40,580 nucleotides of DNA from an uncultured Clostridia bacterium. Its GTDB lineage: Bacteria > Bacillota > Clostridia > TANB77 > CAG-508. The position numbers were made by a program, and so were the translations under genes. The notes beneath the pieces were generated by a model, which did not search any database, had not been told where the DNA came from, and worked only from the letters and a program-made list of their open reading frames with translations. Positions 1 through 11,252 of this stretch are shown here, one piece after another. Position 1 is the first letter of the stretch. Every line of letters starts with the position of its first letter. The stretch is from assembly GCA_944386705.1 (NCBI GenBank), contig CALXCC010000001.1, positions 1 to 40,580 of the forward strand, read 5' to 3'.

Positions 1-672
1 GTAAGAGTCTTCTATTGCTTTTATTGGACTTCCTGCTTTATTTCCAACTCCATTTACTAATGCATCGTAACATTTTTTAACTCTTTCCCACCTTTTGTCT
101 CTATCCATAGCATAAAATCTTCCTGAAATACTTGCAATTTTTCCAATTTCTTTTTCAGTCATTTTTTCTTGTAATTTTATAATATAACTTTCAGCTGATG
201 CTGGTGGTGTATCTCTTCCATCTAAGAAACAATGAACATATATATCTTCAAAATCTCTTCTTTTTGCCATTTCTAATAAACCATATAAATGGCGAATGTG
301 GCTGTGAACTCCTCCATCTGATACTAACCCTAATATGTGTAATTTAGAGTTGTTTTTCTTGCAATTTTCTATTGCTGCTATAAATTCTGGGTTCGTAAAG
401 AAGTCTCCATCTTCTATTGATTTTGTAATTCTAGTTAATTCTTGGTACACAATTCTTCCAGCTCCAATATTTGTATGTCCAACTTCTGAATTTCCCATTT
501 GCCCTTCTGGTAATCCAACTGCTAATCCACTTGTTGCTATGTCTACATTTGGATATTTTTTCATTAATTTATCAATATTAGGTGTTTTAGCTAATTTGAT
601 AGCATTTCCATCTTTATTTTTGTTGTCACCAAAACCATCTAATATCATTAGCATTGTTAATTTGTCTTTCAT
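1..672 (-). CDS. gpmI: 2,3-bisphosphoglycerate-independent phosphoglycerate mutase, N-terminal part (3' end lies beyond the window start)
   Basis: Reverse translation from the ATG at 670-672 gives MKDKLTMLMILDGFGDNKNKDGNAIKLAKTPNIDKLMKKYPNVDIATSGLAVGLPEGQMGNSEVGHTNIGAGRIVYQELTRITK, a typical iPGM N-terminus. It follows gap-pgk-tpiA in the usual Firmicute operon order. It is absent from the ORF track because it runs off the window. Confidence 0.9.
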   Translation of the reverse strand, partial: MKDKLTMLMILDGFGDNKNKDGNAIKLAKTPNIDKLMKKYPNVDIATSGLAVGLPEGQMGNSEVGHTNIGAGRIVYQELTRITKSIEDGDFFTNPEFIAAIENCKKNNSKLHILGLVSDGGVHSHIRHLYGLLEMAKRRDFEDIYVHCFLDGRDTPPASAESYIIKLQEKMTEKEIGKIASISGRFYAMDRDKRWERVKKCYDALVNGVGNKAGSPIKAIEDSY

Positions 673-695
673 TTCATACCATCCTTTTCTTCTGA

Positions 696-730
696 AAGGT
701 GTTTTTTGGGACTGAGCAAAAAAACACCTT
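696..730 (-). other. Perfect 12-bp stem-loop between tpiA and gpmI
   Basis: AAGGTGTTTTTT (696-707) pairs with AAAAAACACCTT (719-730), with loop GGGACTGAGCA. It lies about 24 nt upstream of the gpmI start. No U-tract follows it in the minus-strand direction, so it is not a canonical terminator for the operon. Confidence 0.4.
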
Positions 731-824
731 CTTTATTTTATTATTATACTTTCGTAATTTTATATCTTACTTTGCTTTTCTATTCGAGTTTTTTTGTTTC
801 GTCCCAAAAACATCCAAAAATATC

Positions 825-1577
825 TTAACCTTTGAAATTTACTATTTTACTAAATTCTTCTGCTTTTAGGCTAGCTCCTCCAACTAATCCTCCATCGATG
901 TCTGACATAGTAAATAATTCTTTTGCGTTGCTTGATTTTACGCTTCCGCCATATTGTATTATAACTTCTTCAGCTACATTTTGTCCATAGATTTTAGCAA
1001 TTTTATTTCTAATTTCTTTAATTGAATTATTTGCATCTTCACTTGTTGCTGTTTTTCCTGTTCCAATTGCCCAAATTGGTTCATATGCTATTATTGTATT
1101 TTTTACTTGTTCTTCTGTTAATCCAACTAATGCAAGTTCTGTTTGTTTTGTTATAATTTCTGCTGTTTTATTGGCTTCTCTTTCTTCTAGAGTTTCCCCA
1201 ACACATACTATTGGTTTTAATCCATAGCTAAATGCTGCTTTTATTTTTTTGTTTACTGTTTCATCTGTTTCATTAAAATATTGTCTTCTTTCTGAGTGTC
1301 CAATAATTACATATTCTACATTTATTGCTTTTAACATTTTTCCTGAAACTTCTCCAGTGTAAGCTCCAGATTCTTCAAAATGCATATTTTGTGCTCCTAT
1401 TTTTATGTTTGTATTTTGTGCTGTTAATAAGCTATAAAATAAATCTGTATATGGAACACATAAAATCACTTCGTTTTCAGTATCTTTTACAAGTGGTGCT
1501 AGTTCCTCTATAAATTGTATTGCTTCATTTGGAAGCATATTCATTTTCCAGTTTCCTGCTATTACTTTTTTTCTCAT
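825..1577 (-). CDS. tpiA: Triosephosphate isomerase
   Basis: The 250-aa ORF carries IAGNWKMN, IIGHSERR, AYEPIWAIGTGKTA and QYGGSVK motifs and sits between pgk and gpmI. Confidence 0.95.
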   Translation of the reverse strand: MRKKVIAGNWKMNMLPNEAIQFIEELAPLVKDTENEVILCVPYTDLFYSLLTAQNTNIKIGAQNMHFEESGAYTGEVSGKMLKAINVEYVIIGHSERRQYFNETDETVNKKIKAAFSYGLKPIVCVGETLEEREANKTAEIITKQTELALVGLTEEQVKNTIIAYEPIWAIGTGKTATSEDANNSIKEIRNKIAKIYGQNVAEEVIIQYGGSVKSSNAKELFTMSDIDGGLVGGASLKAEEFSKIVNFKG

Positions 1578-1676
1578 ATTAATTCTCCTTTCGAGATTTG
1601 GTTTATCCTTTTTTTATTTTAAACTTTTTTTAATTTTTTCTAGAAAGTGGATTGTTGTTCTCCCTTTTAGTTTATT

Positions 1677-2861
1677 TTATTTATTTAATAAACATTCAAT
1701 TCCTGGTAATTTTTTACCTTCTAAAAATTCTAGTGAAGCTCCTCCTCCTGTTGATATATGTGTCATTTTACTTTCTAATCCTGCTTTTTTTACTGCTGCT
1801 GCTGAATCTCCTCCTCCAATTATTGTTGTTGCATCAATTTCAGATAGAACTTTTGCAATGCTATTCGTTCCAATTGCAAATTGGTCGAACTCAAATAACC
1901 CTAAAGGTCCATTCCATACCACAGTTTTTGCTGTTTTTAATTCTTCACTAAACATATTTATTGTTTTCTCTCCTATGTCAAATCCTTCCCATTCGTCAGG
2001 AATTTCTGTCCAAGCTACAGTTTTACTTTCTGTATCTGGTTTAAATTCTTTTCCTATTTTTGTATCTACTGGAAGCATTAATTTAACACCTTTTTCTTCA
2101 GCTTTAGCCATTAATTCTTTTGCTAAATCTAATTTATCTAATTCACAAAGTGAATTTCCTACACCATATCCTTGAGCTTTAAAGAATGTATATGCCATTC
2201 CTCCACCTATCATTAATGTATCTACTTTTTCTAACAAGCTATCTATTACTCCTATTTTATCTGAAACTTTTGCTCCTCCTAAGATAGCTACAAATGGTCT
2301 TTCCGGATTTGTAATTGCGTTTCCTAGGAATTGTAATTCTTTTTCAATTAAGAATCCTGATACTGCTGGTAGATATTGTGCTACTCCTGCTGTTGAAGCA
2401 TGTGCTCTATGTGCTGTTCCAAATGCATCATTTACATATATTTCTGCCAAATTAGCTAATTTCTTTGCAAATTCTGGGTCGTTGTCTGTTTCTTCTCTAT
2501 GATATCTTACATTTTCTAAAAGTAGAATTTCTCCTTCTTTTAAATTTTTAGCTTTTGAAGTTGCATCTTCTCCTATTACATCTTTTGCCATAATAACTTC
2601 TTTACCTAATAATTTTGATAGTTCTTTTGCTACTGGTTGTAAAGAAAATTCTGGTTTGAATTCTCCCTTTGGTCTTCCTAAGTGTGAACACAAAATAACA
2701 GCACAATTATTTTCTAGTAAATATTTTATTGTTGGTAATGCTGCTACTATTCTTGTATTATCTGTTATATTTTTTGACCCATCCATTGGTACATTGAAGT
2801 CACATCTTACTAGTACCTTTTTTCCTCTTAAATCAATATCTTTTATTGTTTTTTTATTCAT
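1677..2861 (-). CDS. pgk: Phosphoglycerate kinase
   Basis: The 394-aa ORF carries [28 protein letters not shown] and [11 protein letters not shown] motifs. Confidence 0.95.
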   Translation of the reverse strand: MNKKTIKDIDLRGKKVLVRCDFNVPMDGSKNITDNTRIVAALPTIKYLLENNCAVILCSHLGRPKGEFKPEFSLQPVAKELSKLLGKEVIMAKDVIGEDATSKAKNLKEGEILLLENVRYHREETDNDPEFAKKLANLAEIYVNDAFGTAHRAHASTAGVAQYLPAVSGFLIEKELQFLGNAITNPERPFVAILGGAKVSDKIGVIDSLLEKVDTLMIGGGMAYTFFKAQGYGVGNSLCELDKLDLAKELMAKAEEKGVKLMLPVDTKIGKEFKPDTESKTVAWTEIPDEWEGFDIGEKTINMFSEELKTAKTVVWNGPLGLFEFDQFAIGTNSIAKVLSEIDATTIIGGGDSAAAVKKAGLESKMTHISTGGGASLEFLEGKKLPGIECLLNK

Positions 2862-3001
2862 TTTAAATTCCTCCCTATTTTTGAACTTGGTCTTATTTTA
2901 TCCATTTTTTTCCTATTTTATTAGACCACTACTATTTTATATCAAAAAAGAGCACTTTTCAAGTATTTCAAGTGTTCTTTTTATTATTTATTTAATTATT
3001 C

Positions 3002-3394
3002 TTATTTCCAACCTATAATTTCATCATAACTAATTGTATATCCACCATCTTTAGTTACAAAGTCATTTTCTCCTAGTGTTCCTTCGTTATATTCTTTTTT
3101 TTGAATTATTTCCTTCAAATCTTCTTTTGAAGGTGTATTACCTGTTTTAGTTTTTTCTGTTAATAAATCAGCTTCAATTTTTTCTATAATGCTTTCTCTT
3201 TCTGCCTTTGCTTTCGTCTCTTTAGTTTCTTTTGTGATACTGTCTTTACTATTAATTGAATCTAAAGTTACTCCAGCAATTATTAGTAGTACAATAATTG
3301 TGATAACTAAAGCTATTAATGTTATTCCATTCTCATTTTTGAATGTTTTTCTTTCAGTTTTAATTAGATTTCTTGTTATTTTTTTATTTTTCAT
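3002..3394 (-). CDS. Small prepilin-like protein (N-terminal cleavage/methylation-type hydrophobic helix)
   Basis: After a basic leader, the 130-aa ORF reads NGITLIALVITIIVLLIIAGV. This is nearly identical to the N-terminus of the 371-aa protein at 21901-23016. Position +5 is Ala rather than the canonical Glu. An SD (AAGGAGAAAAATAAA) precedes the ATG. Confidence 0.6.
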   Translation of the reverse strand: MKNKKITRNLIKTERKTFKNENGITLIALVITIIVLLIIAGVTLDSINSKDSITKETKETKAKAERESIIEKIEADLLTEKTKTGNTPSKEDLKEIIQKKEYNEGTLGENDFVTKDGGYTISYDEIIGWK

Positions 3395-3564
3395 TTTATT
3401 TTTCTCCTTCTTTTGTTTATTATTATTCTCTTTATAATTATTTTTATCCTTTGTTTTTATTATGTTATTATTGTATACATTTCTTCTACTTTAGTCAATA
3501 CTTTTTTTATGTATTATCTTTACAATAAAATTCTTGAGAATATTTACTTATAAAAATCCACCTC

Positions 3565-3613
3565 TAAAAATACACCTCCAAATATTAAACTTTTTGTCTA
3601 ACATTTGGAGGTG
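3565..3613 (-). terminator. Putative intrinsic terminator after gap
   Basis: An 11-bp perfect stem, CACCTCCAAAT (3573-3583) with ATTTGGAGGTG (3603-3613), lies 50 nt downstream of the gap stop. On the minus strand it is followed by UAUUUUUAG. The 19-nt loop is long for a terminator. Confidence 0.45.
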
Positions 3614-3662
3614 CACTTCAGTGTAAGTATTTTTTTCTTTTTTCGTTTTAGTTTATTAAAAA

Positions 3663-4715
<1,053 letters not shown>

Positions 4716-4717
4716 TT

Positions 4718-4746
4718 ATTGTATACCAAAAAAAGGGATTTTTCAA
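4718..4746 (-). promoter_or_regulatory. Predicted sigma-A promoter of gap
   Basis: On the minus strand: TTGAAA (4741-4746), 17-nt spacer, TACAAT (4718-4723), about 50 nt upstream of the gap ATG. It lies between gap and the left end of the RAYT element. Confidence 0.45.
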
Positions 4747-4764
4747 CCCCTTTTTTTACATTTC

Positions 4765-4817
4765 TTGGTCAGTTTGGGGACAGGTACTGTTTAGCCATTT
4801 TTGGCTAAGTTGGGGAC
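4765..4817. repeat. Left inverted terminal repeat of the RAYT element
   Basis: TTGGTCAGTTTGGGGACAGGTACTGTTTAGCCATTTTTGGCTAAGTTGGGGAC. The reverse complement of 5881-5933 is TTGGTTAGTTTGGGGACAGGTACGATTTAGCCATTTTTGGCTATATTTGGGAC. Confidence 0.75.
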
Positions 4818-4826
4818 ACTTATTAT

Positions 4827-5636
4827 TTACTCTTCTTTATAAATACTTTTTGCTCTTTGCACAATTCTAAGATTAACACCTAGTACTCTTGATATCTGAT
4901 TATGGTTAGTGCCCTTTGTTCCTTTTATCTCTCCTATAATTTTATCTCTAATACTTTTATTATAGTTTTGTATTTCTTGAATATTTTCAATATTAAAATT
5001 TCTCTTTATTAAATAAATCAACTCTTCATCACTTAGGCCAGTTTTCATTCCATATTCTAAAATATCTTCTGCCTTCGAAAATGTTACTAATTCTTTGTTT
5101 AACTTTATAAATCTTTGTTTTGCATTATGTACATTATCTGAATATAATTTCAATACTATTTCTTTATCTTCTTTTTCAATTAATTCATTTTTTGAATGTA
5201 GATTAATATAATCCCTGTAACTACTCCATTTGTATTTGTCTACTTTGCTTATATTAGCTTTTAGTGGATTTTGATGTATATACCTTTGTAAATTGATAAA
5301 ATATTCTATATCTTCTACACATCTACTTTCGAACCTATTTTGAAATAAATGTCCTATCCTCTGGTATTTATTGTTAAAATATTTTGAGTACCTTAGTTGG
5401 ATACTTTGCATTGATTGGGATAAATTATTTTTTTCATCTTTAATTTGTAAATGAATATGATTTGACATTAAAACATAAGAATATAATTTGTATGAATAAA
5501 TTTTCTTTGTATTTATTAACTCTTTTCTAAATTTTAAAAAATCTTGATTATCTAAAAAAATATCTTGTCTATTGATTCCTCTCATTATGCAATGGTAAAC
5601 ATTTGTAATACTTTTTCGTCGCACTCCTCTTGGCAA
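4827..5636 (-). CDS. REP-associated / IS200-like tyrosine (HUH, Y1) transposase with a C-terminal DnaA-C-like HTH
   Basis: The 269-aa ORF has the HUH motif in SNHIHLQIKD, the catalytic Tyr context QRYIHQNPLKA and FQNRFESR. The C-terminal tail NHNQISRVLGVNLRIVQRA looks like an HTH. Confidence 0.8.
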   Translation of the reverse strand: MPRGVRRKSITNVYHCIMRGINRQDIFLDNQDFLKFRKELINTKKIYSYKLYSYVLMSNHIHLQIKDEKNNLSQSMQSIQLRYSKYFNNKYQRIGHLFQNRFESRCVEDIEYFINLQRYIHQNPLKANISKVDKYKWSSYRDYINLHSKNELIEKEDKEIVLKLYSDNVHNAKQRFIKLNKELVTFSKAEDILEYGMKTGLSDEELIYLIKRNFNIENIQEIQNYNKSIRDKIIGEIKGTKGTNHNQISRVLGVNLRIVQRAKSIYKEE

Positions 5637-5880
5637 TATATCACTCTCCTATTATAAATCATTTTAATAATACATTTTACATATATTACCATATCAAATG
5701 TTTTTTTTCAAGTATTTTGCTATTAAGAATTCTTAAACTTCTTACAGAATTTTAAAAATCACTACAGTACCCTGCTCTGCTCCAAAGAATTAGCCATAGA
5801 AATAGTAAAAAATGGCTAAAATAGGTGAATTCTATTTAGCCATTTTAGAATTATACATTTTTTTAAATTTTAACATACCT

Positions 5881-5933
5881 GTCCCAAATATAGCCAAAAA
5901 TGGCTAAATCGTACCTGTCCCCAAACTAACCAA
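5881..5933. repeat. Right inverted terminal repeat of the RAYT element
   Basis: See the left repeat. It ends 1 nt before the TAA stop (5935-5937) of the GH15 gene. Confidence 0.75.
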
Positions 5934-5934
5934 A

Positions 5935-7906
5935 TTAACCATACAACTTCTCTAACACGATAACAAACATAGCATGTGACCAGCCAAGTCCTATTATCCA
6001 GTTTGGCTTTAAGGTAGAGTTGTCTACTTGTTCTCCTAAGAAATAATGCTTTCCTACTGTTTTTACAACGAAGTCAAATGTCTCTTTTGCTTTTCTTTTT
6101 TCGCCTGATTCTAAGTAATATAGTGTCATCCAAAGGTTTGCAATTGGCCATGGGTTTCCTGACATATAGTGGTCACCTTCAAATCTTTGGTATCCGTCCT
6201 GTGTATGTTCTTAAGTGCATATTTATGCTTTCTACTGTATTTTTTATTTTGCTTTCTTTTGGTTTAAATATGTTAAATGGTGTTACTGCGCCTAATATGC
6301 TTATGTCCATTTTTTTGTCTTCTGAATTTCTTACATATGTTTTTTTGCTTTCGTCATATAGATTTTCATTTATGTATTTTTTTATTTCTACTTGTATTTT
6401 TTCAATTTCTCTTTCGTTTTTTTGTATTTTTTCTTCTTTTAGTCTATTATTTTCAAATTCGGATACATTCTTTCCTAAAGCTCTATAAATCTTTAGAATG
6501 CTTTCAAATGCTGAATATATGCTTGCTAATGAATACAAATGGATTCCTTCACACATTTCCCATAGGTCATAACTAATATGATATTTATGTTCTTTTCCTG
6601 TTCTTTGTTTTGTTTCTTCCTCTATTTCTTCTTTTACAACGTCTTTTTCTCTTTCTGATATTCCTTCAATGCCTAACCAATCTTTTACATATTTTTTTAA
6701 GAAGTCTATTGCTTTTTCGCACATTGTTAAGTTATCTTTTAAGAATTTTTCTGATTTGGTATGTTTGTAATGTTCATATACACCGTATATAACACTTGCT
6801 GTTTCGTCTATTTGATATCCCCAGCAAGGTGCTAGACTGCCATCTGTGAAAAATCTTTGCTCCCACATTCCATTCTTACTTTGTGTTTTTTTACAGAAGT
6901 TTTTATAAAATTTTTCTGTTTCTTTTTCCATTTTTAATATATCCATTGCTTTTGTTACAAAAACGGCATCTCTTGGCCAGCAATAGGCATATCTTCCACA
7001 TTTTGTGAAATTTTCGTCTACTTCTGGTGCTGCAATTATTCCCCCTGTTTCGTGATTTGTAAGTAATGGAAATAGTAAAATACTTCTTTTATAAATTTCA
7101 TATATTCTTTCTTCATAGCTTGTTTCTGGTTCTTTTAAATTTAATCCATTATGTGTTTTTACATATTTTCTCCAATAAGATTTTGCACTATTATATTCTT
7201 TATTTAAATCTATTTTTGTAATTCTATCTATTTCATCTTCCATAGTTGATACATTTTTGTTTCCGTCTATTAATATTAAAATATCTAGTGTTTTCTTTTC
7301 TTGTGGTTTTATTATCCCCAAATCATAGCATATGCTTGAGTCTTTTGACATTCCAATATAATCTTTGTCATTAATTTCTCCACGTTTTATAGTTTCTTTA
7401 CTTCCATTTATTTGATGGCTTAAAATATTCTTACCTTTTGCAAAAGTAGAAACTGAAAAATCGTGTGCATATTGCATCATTCCATTATCAATCACTTTAC
7501 AACTTACTAAATTATTATTGTCAGATAATAGTTCTGAGTGAATATAAAATTTAGTATTTAAGTCAATTGTTCCATCATTTAAGAAAATATATCTTCGTAC
7601 CATTACATTTTCTTTTAGCATTATAAAATCTGTTTGTACTACTTTTAAATTAAAATAAGTGTTTGTTATTTCTGTATTTAATACATTTGTATCTGTATCA
7701 TAATATTGTTTATAAACATTATTTATATCATCATGTAGATATATTAAGTCTGAATTATTTATCTTAACTCCTGTATGGAAAAAGTTAATAAATTGCCTGT
7801 TATCCTTACTTGGGAAATATAGTCTTTGAAGCTCTCCTTTCCCAGTAAATGTTGCAAGCATACTTTTATTTCCTATTATAGCTTCATTTAAATATTTGTT
7901 TTCCAT
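5935..7906 (-). CDS. Glycoside hydrolase family 15 (glucoamylase-like); broken as written, restored by a +1 shift at in-frame CGG-A (6194-6196)
   Basis: ORF-track pieces 6179-7906 and 5935-6165. Motifs include YAYCWPRDAVF and GNPWPIANLW. The junction ACA GGA CGG ATA CCA becomes ..HLRTYTG|GYQRFEGDHYMSGNPW when the C is skipped. Length 1972 = 3n+1. A standard pipeline would call this a frameshifted pseudogene. Confidence 0.8.
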
Positions 7907-7941
7907 TGTTTTTCTCCTCTTGGTTGGATGTTTTTTTCTAT

Positions 7942-9592
7942 TTATCCTTCTATTACATTTAAAATTTGTTTTTCTAAATCTTTTATCTTTTCATTAATTC
8001 TGAAAATGTCTTCATCCCTTAAATTCTCGTTATTCATATCTTGTCTTACATAACCATCCATATCATTCATTTCTTCTTTTAGTTTTTCTAATCTTTCTAT
8101 TATTTCTGATTTTAATGTTTTTGAAATTTTTCTTTCTATTTTATGTGTCATTTCTATTGGCTTATCTAAATCTATTTCATATGTCTCGCCAAATTCTGGA
8201 ATTATTACAGGAATTTCAGTTTCTTTTTCTACTTTTTCTTTAAATATTTCTTGAGCTTCTGCTTCACCGTGGACTAAGAATATGTTTTTTGGTTTTTGGA
8301 TAAACGAATAAATAAAATTCATTAATCCTTCTTGGTCAGCATGACCTGAATATCCTTCTATATATTCTATTCTTGCATTTACTGCTATTTCTTCTCCAAA
8401 TATTTTTACAGTTTTAGCTCCATTTACAATATTATAACCTAAAGTTCCTGGTGCTTGGTATCCAACAAATAAAATTGTTGATTTTGGATTCCATAAATTG
8501 TGTTTTAAATGATGCTTTATTCTTCCTACTTCACACATTCCACTTGCTGATATTATTATACTTGGTTTAGGATCTTCATTTAGTGCTTTTGATTCATCTG
8601 CTGTTCTAGTAAATTTTAGTCCTGGAAATTCTAGAGGATTATCTCCTCTTGTAATTTTCTCTTTAACTTCTGCATCAAATAAGTTTGTATTTTCTCTAAA
8701 TACTTCTGTTGCTGATATTGCAAGTGGACTGTCCACATATACTGATGCTTTCATCAAAGTTTTGTATTTTTTAACAAATTCTTCTTCATCTGTTTCTTCT
8801 TTTATTTTGTTAATTTCATATAATATTTCTTGTGTTCTACCTACTGCAAATGATGGAATAACAACAGTACCACCATTATCTAATGTTTCTGAAACTATGT
8901 CTAAAAATAACTTTGCCTTTTCACTATTTCTTAAATGAAGTCTACTTCCATATGTTGTTTCCATTACTAAGTAGTCTGCTGTTTCTATCATTGTAGGTGA
9001 ATCTAATAATGGAATGTCATTGTTTCCTAAATCTCCTGTAAATACGGTTTTTGTTTCTCTATCTCCTTCTTTAACCCATAATTCAATAATACTAGAACCT
9101 AACATATGTCCAGCATCGTTGAATCTTACGTGAATTTCTGGTGTTATTTCTATTATTTGATCATATTGTACCGGTTCAAATATTTCAAGTGATTTTAATG
9201 CTTCTTCTGCTGTGTACATTGGTTCTTTTTCTGGCTCGCCTTTTCTTTTTCTTTTTTTATTTTTCCACTCATTTTCCATTTCTTGAATATGTCCGGCTGT
9301 CTGGCAACATTAATGTACATAAGTCACAAGTTGCCTTATGTGCATATATTTTATTTCTATATCCTTCTTTATATAATTTCGGTATTCTTCCAGAGTGATC
9401 AATATGTGCATGTGTTAATAGCATAAAATCAATTTCAGTTGGTTCAAATTCAAAGCTTTCCTCATTTTGTAATTCTGTTTCTGCTTTTCCTTGCCACATT
9501 CCACAATCTACTAAAAATTTTTTTCCTGCTGCTTCTATTAAAAAGTTTGATCCTGTTACTGTTCTAGTAGCCCCTAAAAAAGTTATTTTCAT
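7942..9592 (-). CDS. MBL-fold beta-CASP ribonuclease-like hydrolase; restored by a +1 shift at in-frame CGG-A (9293-9295)
   Basis: Pieces 9269-9592 (LLTHAHIDHSG) and 7942-9279 (NDAGHMLGSS, SGHADQEGL). The junction GAC AGC CGG ACA TAT becomes ..LMLPDS|GHIQEMENEWKNKK when the C is skipped. Length 1651 = 3n+1. Confidence 0.8.
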
Positions 9593-9602
9593 AAAAACCT
9601 CC

Positions 9603-11189
9603 TCAATTTTTTAAAACTTTTACTTTTTTATTAAATCTTATTAATAGGTCTCTTTTGTTTACATTACTAACATCTTGCAATTCTTCCTTGTTTTCAAAAG
9701 CTTTATCATCAAATACTTGAATAAAAAGTCTATCTTTTTCTTTACATAATTTTATCGATATTTCTTCTAAATTTATACTTCTTGCTAGAAAAATATTTTT
9801 TAATAATTTATAATCTATTTCCTCTTGCTTAGAAAATTTTTCTATTACCTTTAATTTATGTGCTCTTTCTATTAATTTTTTTCCTGTTTTTTCTATTTCT
9901 TTTGCTAATTCTTTTGCTTCTTTTACTGGTTTTTCATAGTCATACGGTAACATACAATAATATCTAAATTCATAAATTAATTTTACTAATTCTTGTTTTG
10001 ATTCTGCCTTTTCTATTTTTGTTTCAAAACATTTTAAAAACACTTTTTGTATTTGTCTTTTCAGACTATTTATATCTTTTTGTAAATCCTCTGTTTCTAA
10101 CAATTTCAAATACTTTTCTCTTGATTCTAATTCTTTTTTATATTTTATAAATCTTTGCGGATTTAATAATTCATTTAATTTTTCTATTTGTTCAATTTTT
10201 TCTTCTCTTTCTTTTGCCATTATTTTAGATAATACCCTTATGCTAAATATTTTTTCTTCTAATGGTAATGTTTCATTCCTTATCTTATACTCTTCTTGCA
10301 ACATATTTTTATTGTTAATTGTTTCATCTATTCTTTTTATTTCTTCTGTTATTTTTCTTTTTTGATTTGTTATTTTTTCAATAAATTGTTGGTTGTTTTC
10401 TACCTCTTTTAGTCTTTTTTCTATTTTATCTTTTGTTTCTTGTAATTCTTCTTTACTTTTTTGGCTAAATTTAATTTCTAACAAAATTGAAATTTTTTTT
10501 AATAATTCTATAAATTCTTTTGCATTTTTATTTCCGTATTTTTCTTCCATTTCATATTCAAATAATTCCATATAATCAATTAAAACTTCTTTATTATACA
10601 CCCATTTATTTAAAAATTCGTTCCCAAGAAGAATTATTAGGTTTTGATAAATTAAATTATGTTCAACACTTTCTATTTCCTTTGGTATACTAGTCCAAGA
10701 ATATCCATTAAAATCTCTTAAAGGTTCTACTATGCTAATATTATTTCCTGTATTGATTAAATTAGATAGCGTTTTGTTTATTAAAAAATATTTATCTTTT
10801 ATAATTTTTTCATTTTTAGCTATTTTTGCAATGCAATATAATAATTTTTTTTCCATATGGTAACATATAATTCTCTTCTTTTCTTTTTCCACTAAAAACG
10901 TCTTATTTCCAATTATTTTGCTTTCTTCAGAATAAGGCTTTACTAATTTAATTTCGTCACAATTTTTTTGAATGCTATTTATTATATTTTCAACAAATTC
11001 TTCTTTTGTTTCAACATTTACTTTTACTCGTTTATAATCTTTGTAAGCTCCTTCAATTTTATATAATATATTAAGGAGAAGACTCTTAACATTTTCATCA
11101 AAATACTTTTTTTCCAATACCTTTTCTAGTTCATTATTATAATCTTTTTTTACAATCTTCTCTAAAAAATTATCATTTTTCTTTTGCAA
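9603..11189 (-). CDS. Hypothetical 528-aa K/E-rich coiled-coil protein
   Basis: A long uninterrupted ORF with no motif I recognise. It ends in TGA at 9603-9605, directly before the SD of the beta-CASP gene. Confidence 0.6.
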   Translation of the reverse strand: MQKKNDNFLEKIVKKDYNNELEKVLEKKYFDENVKSLLLNILYKIEGAYKDYKRVKVNVETKEEFVENIINSIQKNCDEIKLVKPYSEESKIIGNKTFLVEKEKKRIICYHMEKKLLYCIAKIAKNEKIIKDKYFLINKTLSNLINTGNNISIVEPLRDFNGYSWTSIPKEIESVEHNLIYQNLIILLGNEFLNKWVYNKEVLIDYMELFEYEMEEKYGNKNAKEFIELLKKISILLEIKFSQKSKEELQETKDKIEKRLKEVENNQQFIEKITNQKRKITEEIKRIDETINNKNMLQEEYKIRNETLPLEEKIFSIRVLSKIMAKEREEKIEQIEKLNELLNPQRFIKYKKELESREKYLKLLETEDLQKDINSLKRQIQKVFLKCFETKIEKAESKQELVKLIYEFRYYCMLPYDYEKPVKEAKELAKEIEKTGKKLIERAHKLKVIEKFSKQEEIDYKLLKNIFLARSINLEEISIKLCKEKDRLFIQVFDDKAFENKEELQDVSNVNKRDLLIRFNKKVKVLKN

Positions 11190-11252
11190 AACTCTTCTCC
11201 TTTCTATTGATTTCTCTACTTTAAAATATCCTTTTTGGGATTTATATTTTTT

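Larger units (their letters stand above)
4765..5933 (-). mobile_element. IS200/IS605-superfamily RAYT-like element: Y1 transposase gene bounded by 53-bp imperfect inverted repeats
   Basis: Terminal inverted repeats at 4765-4817 and 5881-5933 match at 47 of 53 positions. Each contains the hairpin TAGCCA-AAAA(A)-TGGCTA flanked by GTCCCCAA(A) boxes. Extra TAGCCAT/ATGGCTA copies lie at 5799-5850. The element sits between the gap promoter and the GH15 stop codon. Confidence 0.6.

Noticed and set aside
335-715. The + strand ORF of 126 aa, and the many similar + strand ORFs in the track (for example 1652-1951, 6078-6488, 12881-13342, 19190-19651, 19982-20333, 32603-32932, 38890-39273)
   Set aside because: All lie antisense to well-supported minus-strand genes. 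They have F/L/S/I-rich low-complexity products typical of shadow frames in AT-rich DNA, and they lack SD sequences.
9269-9592. Treating the short pieces (9269-9592, 13496-13732, 17390-17731, 5935-6165, 31836-32189) as independent small genes
   Set aside because: Each is the missing N- or C-terminal part of the adjacent conserved protein and joins it precisely at a CGG-A site. None has its own plausible start context where the homology begins.
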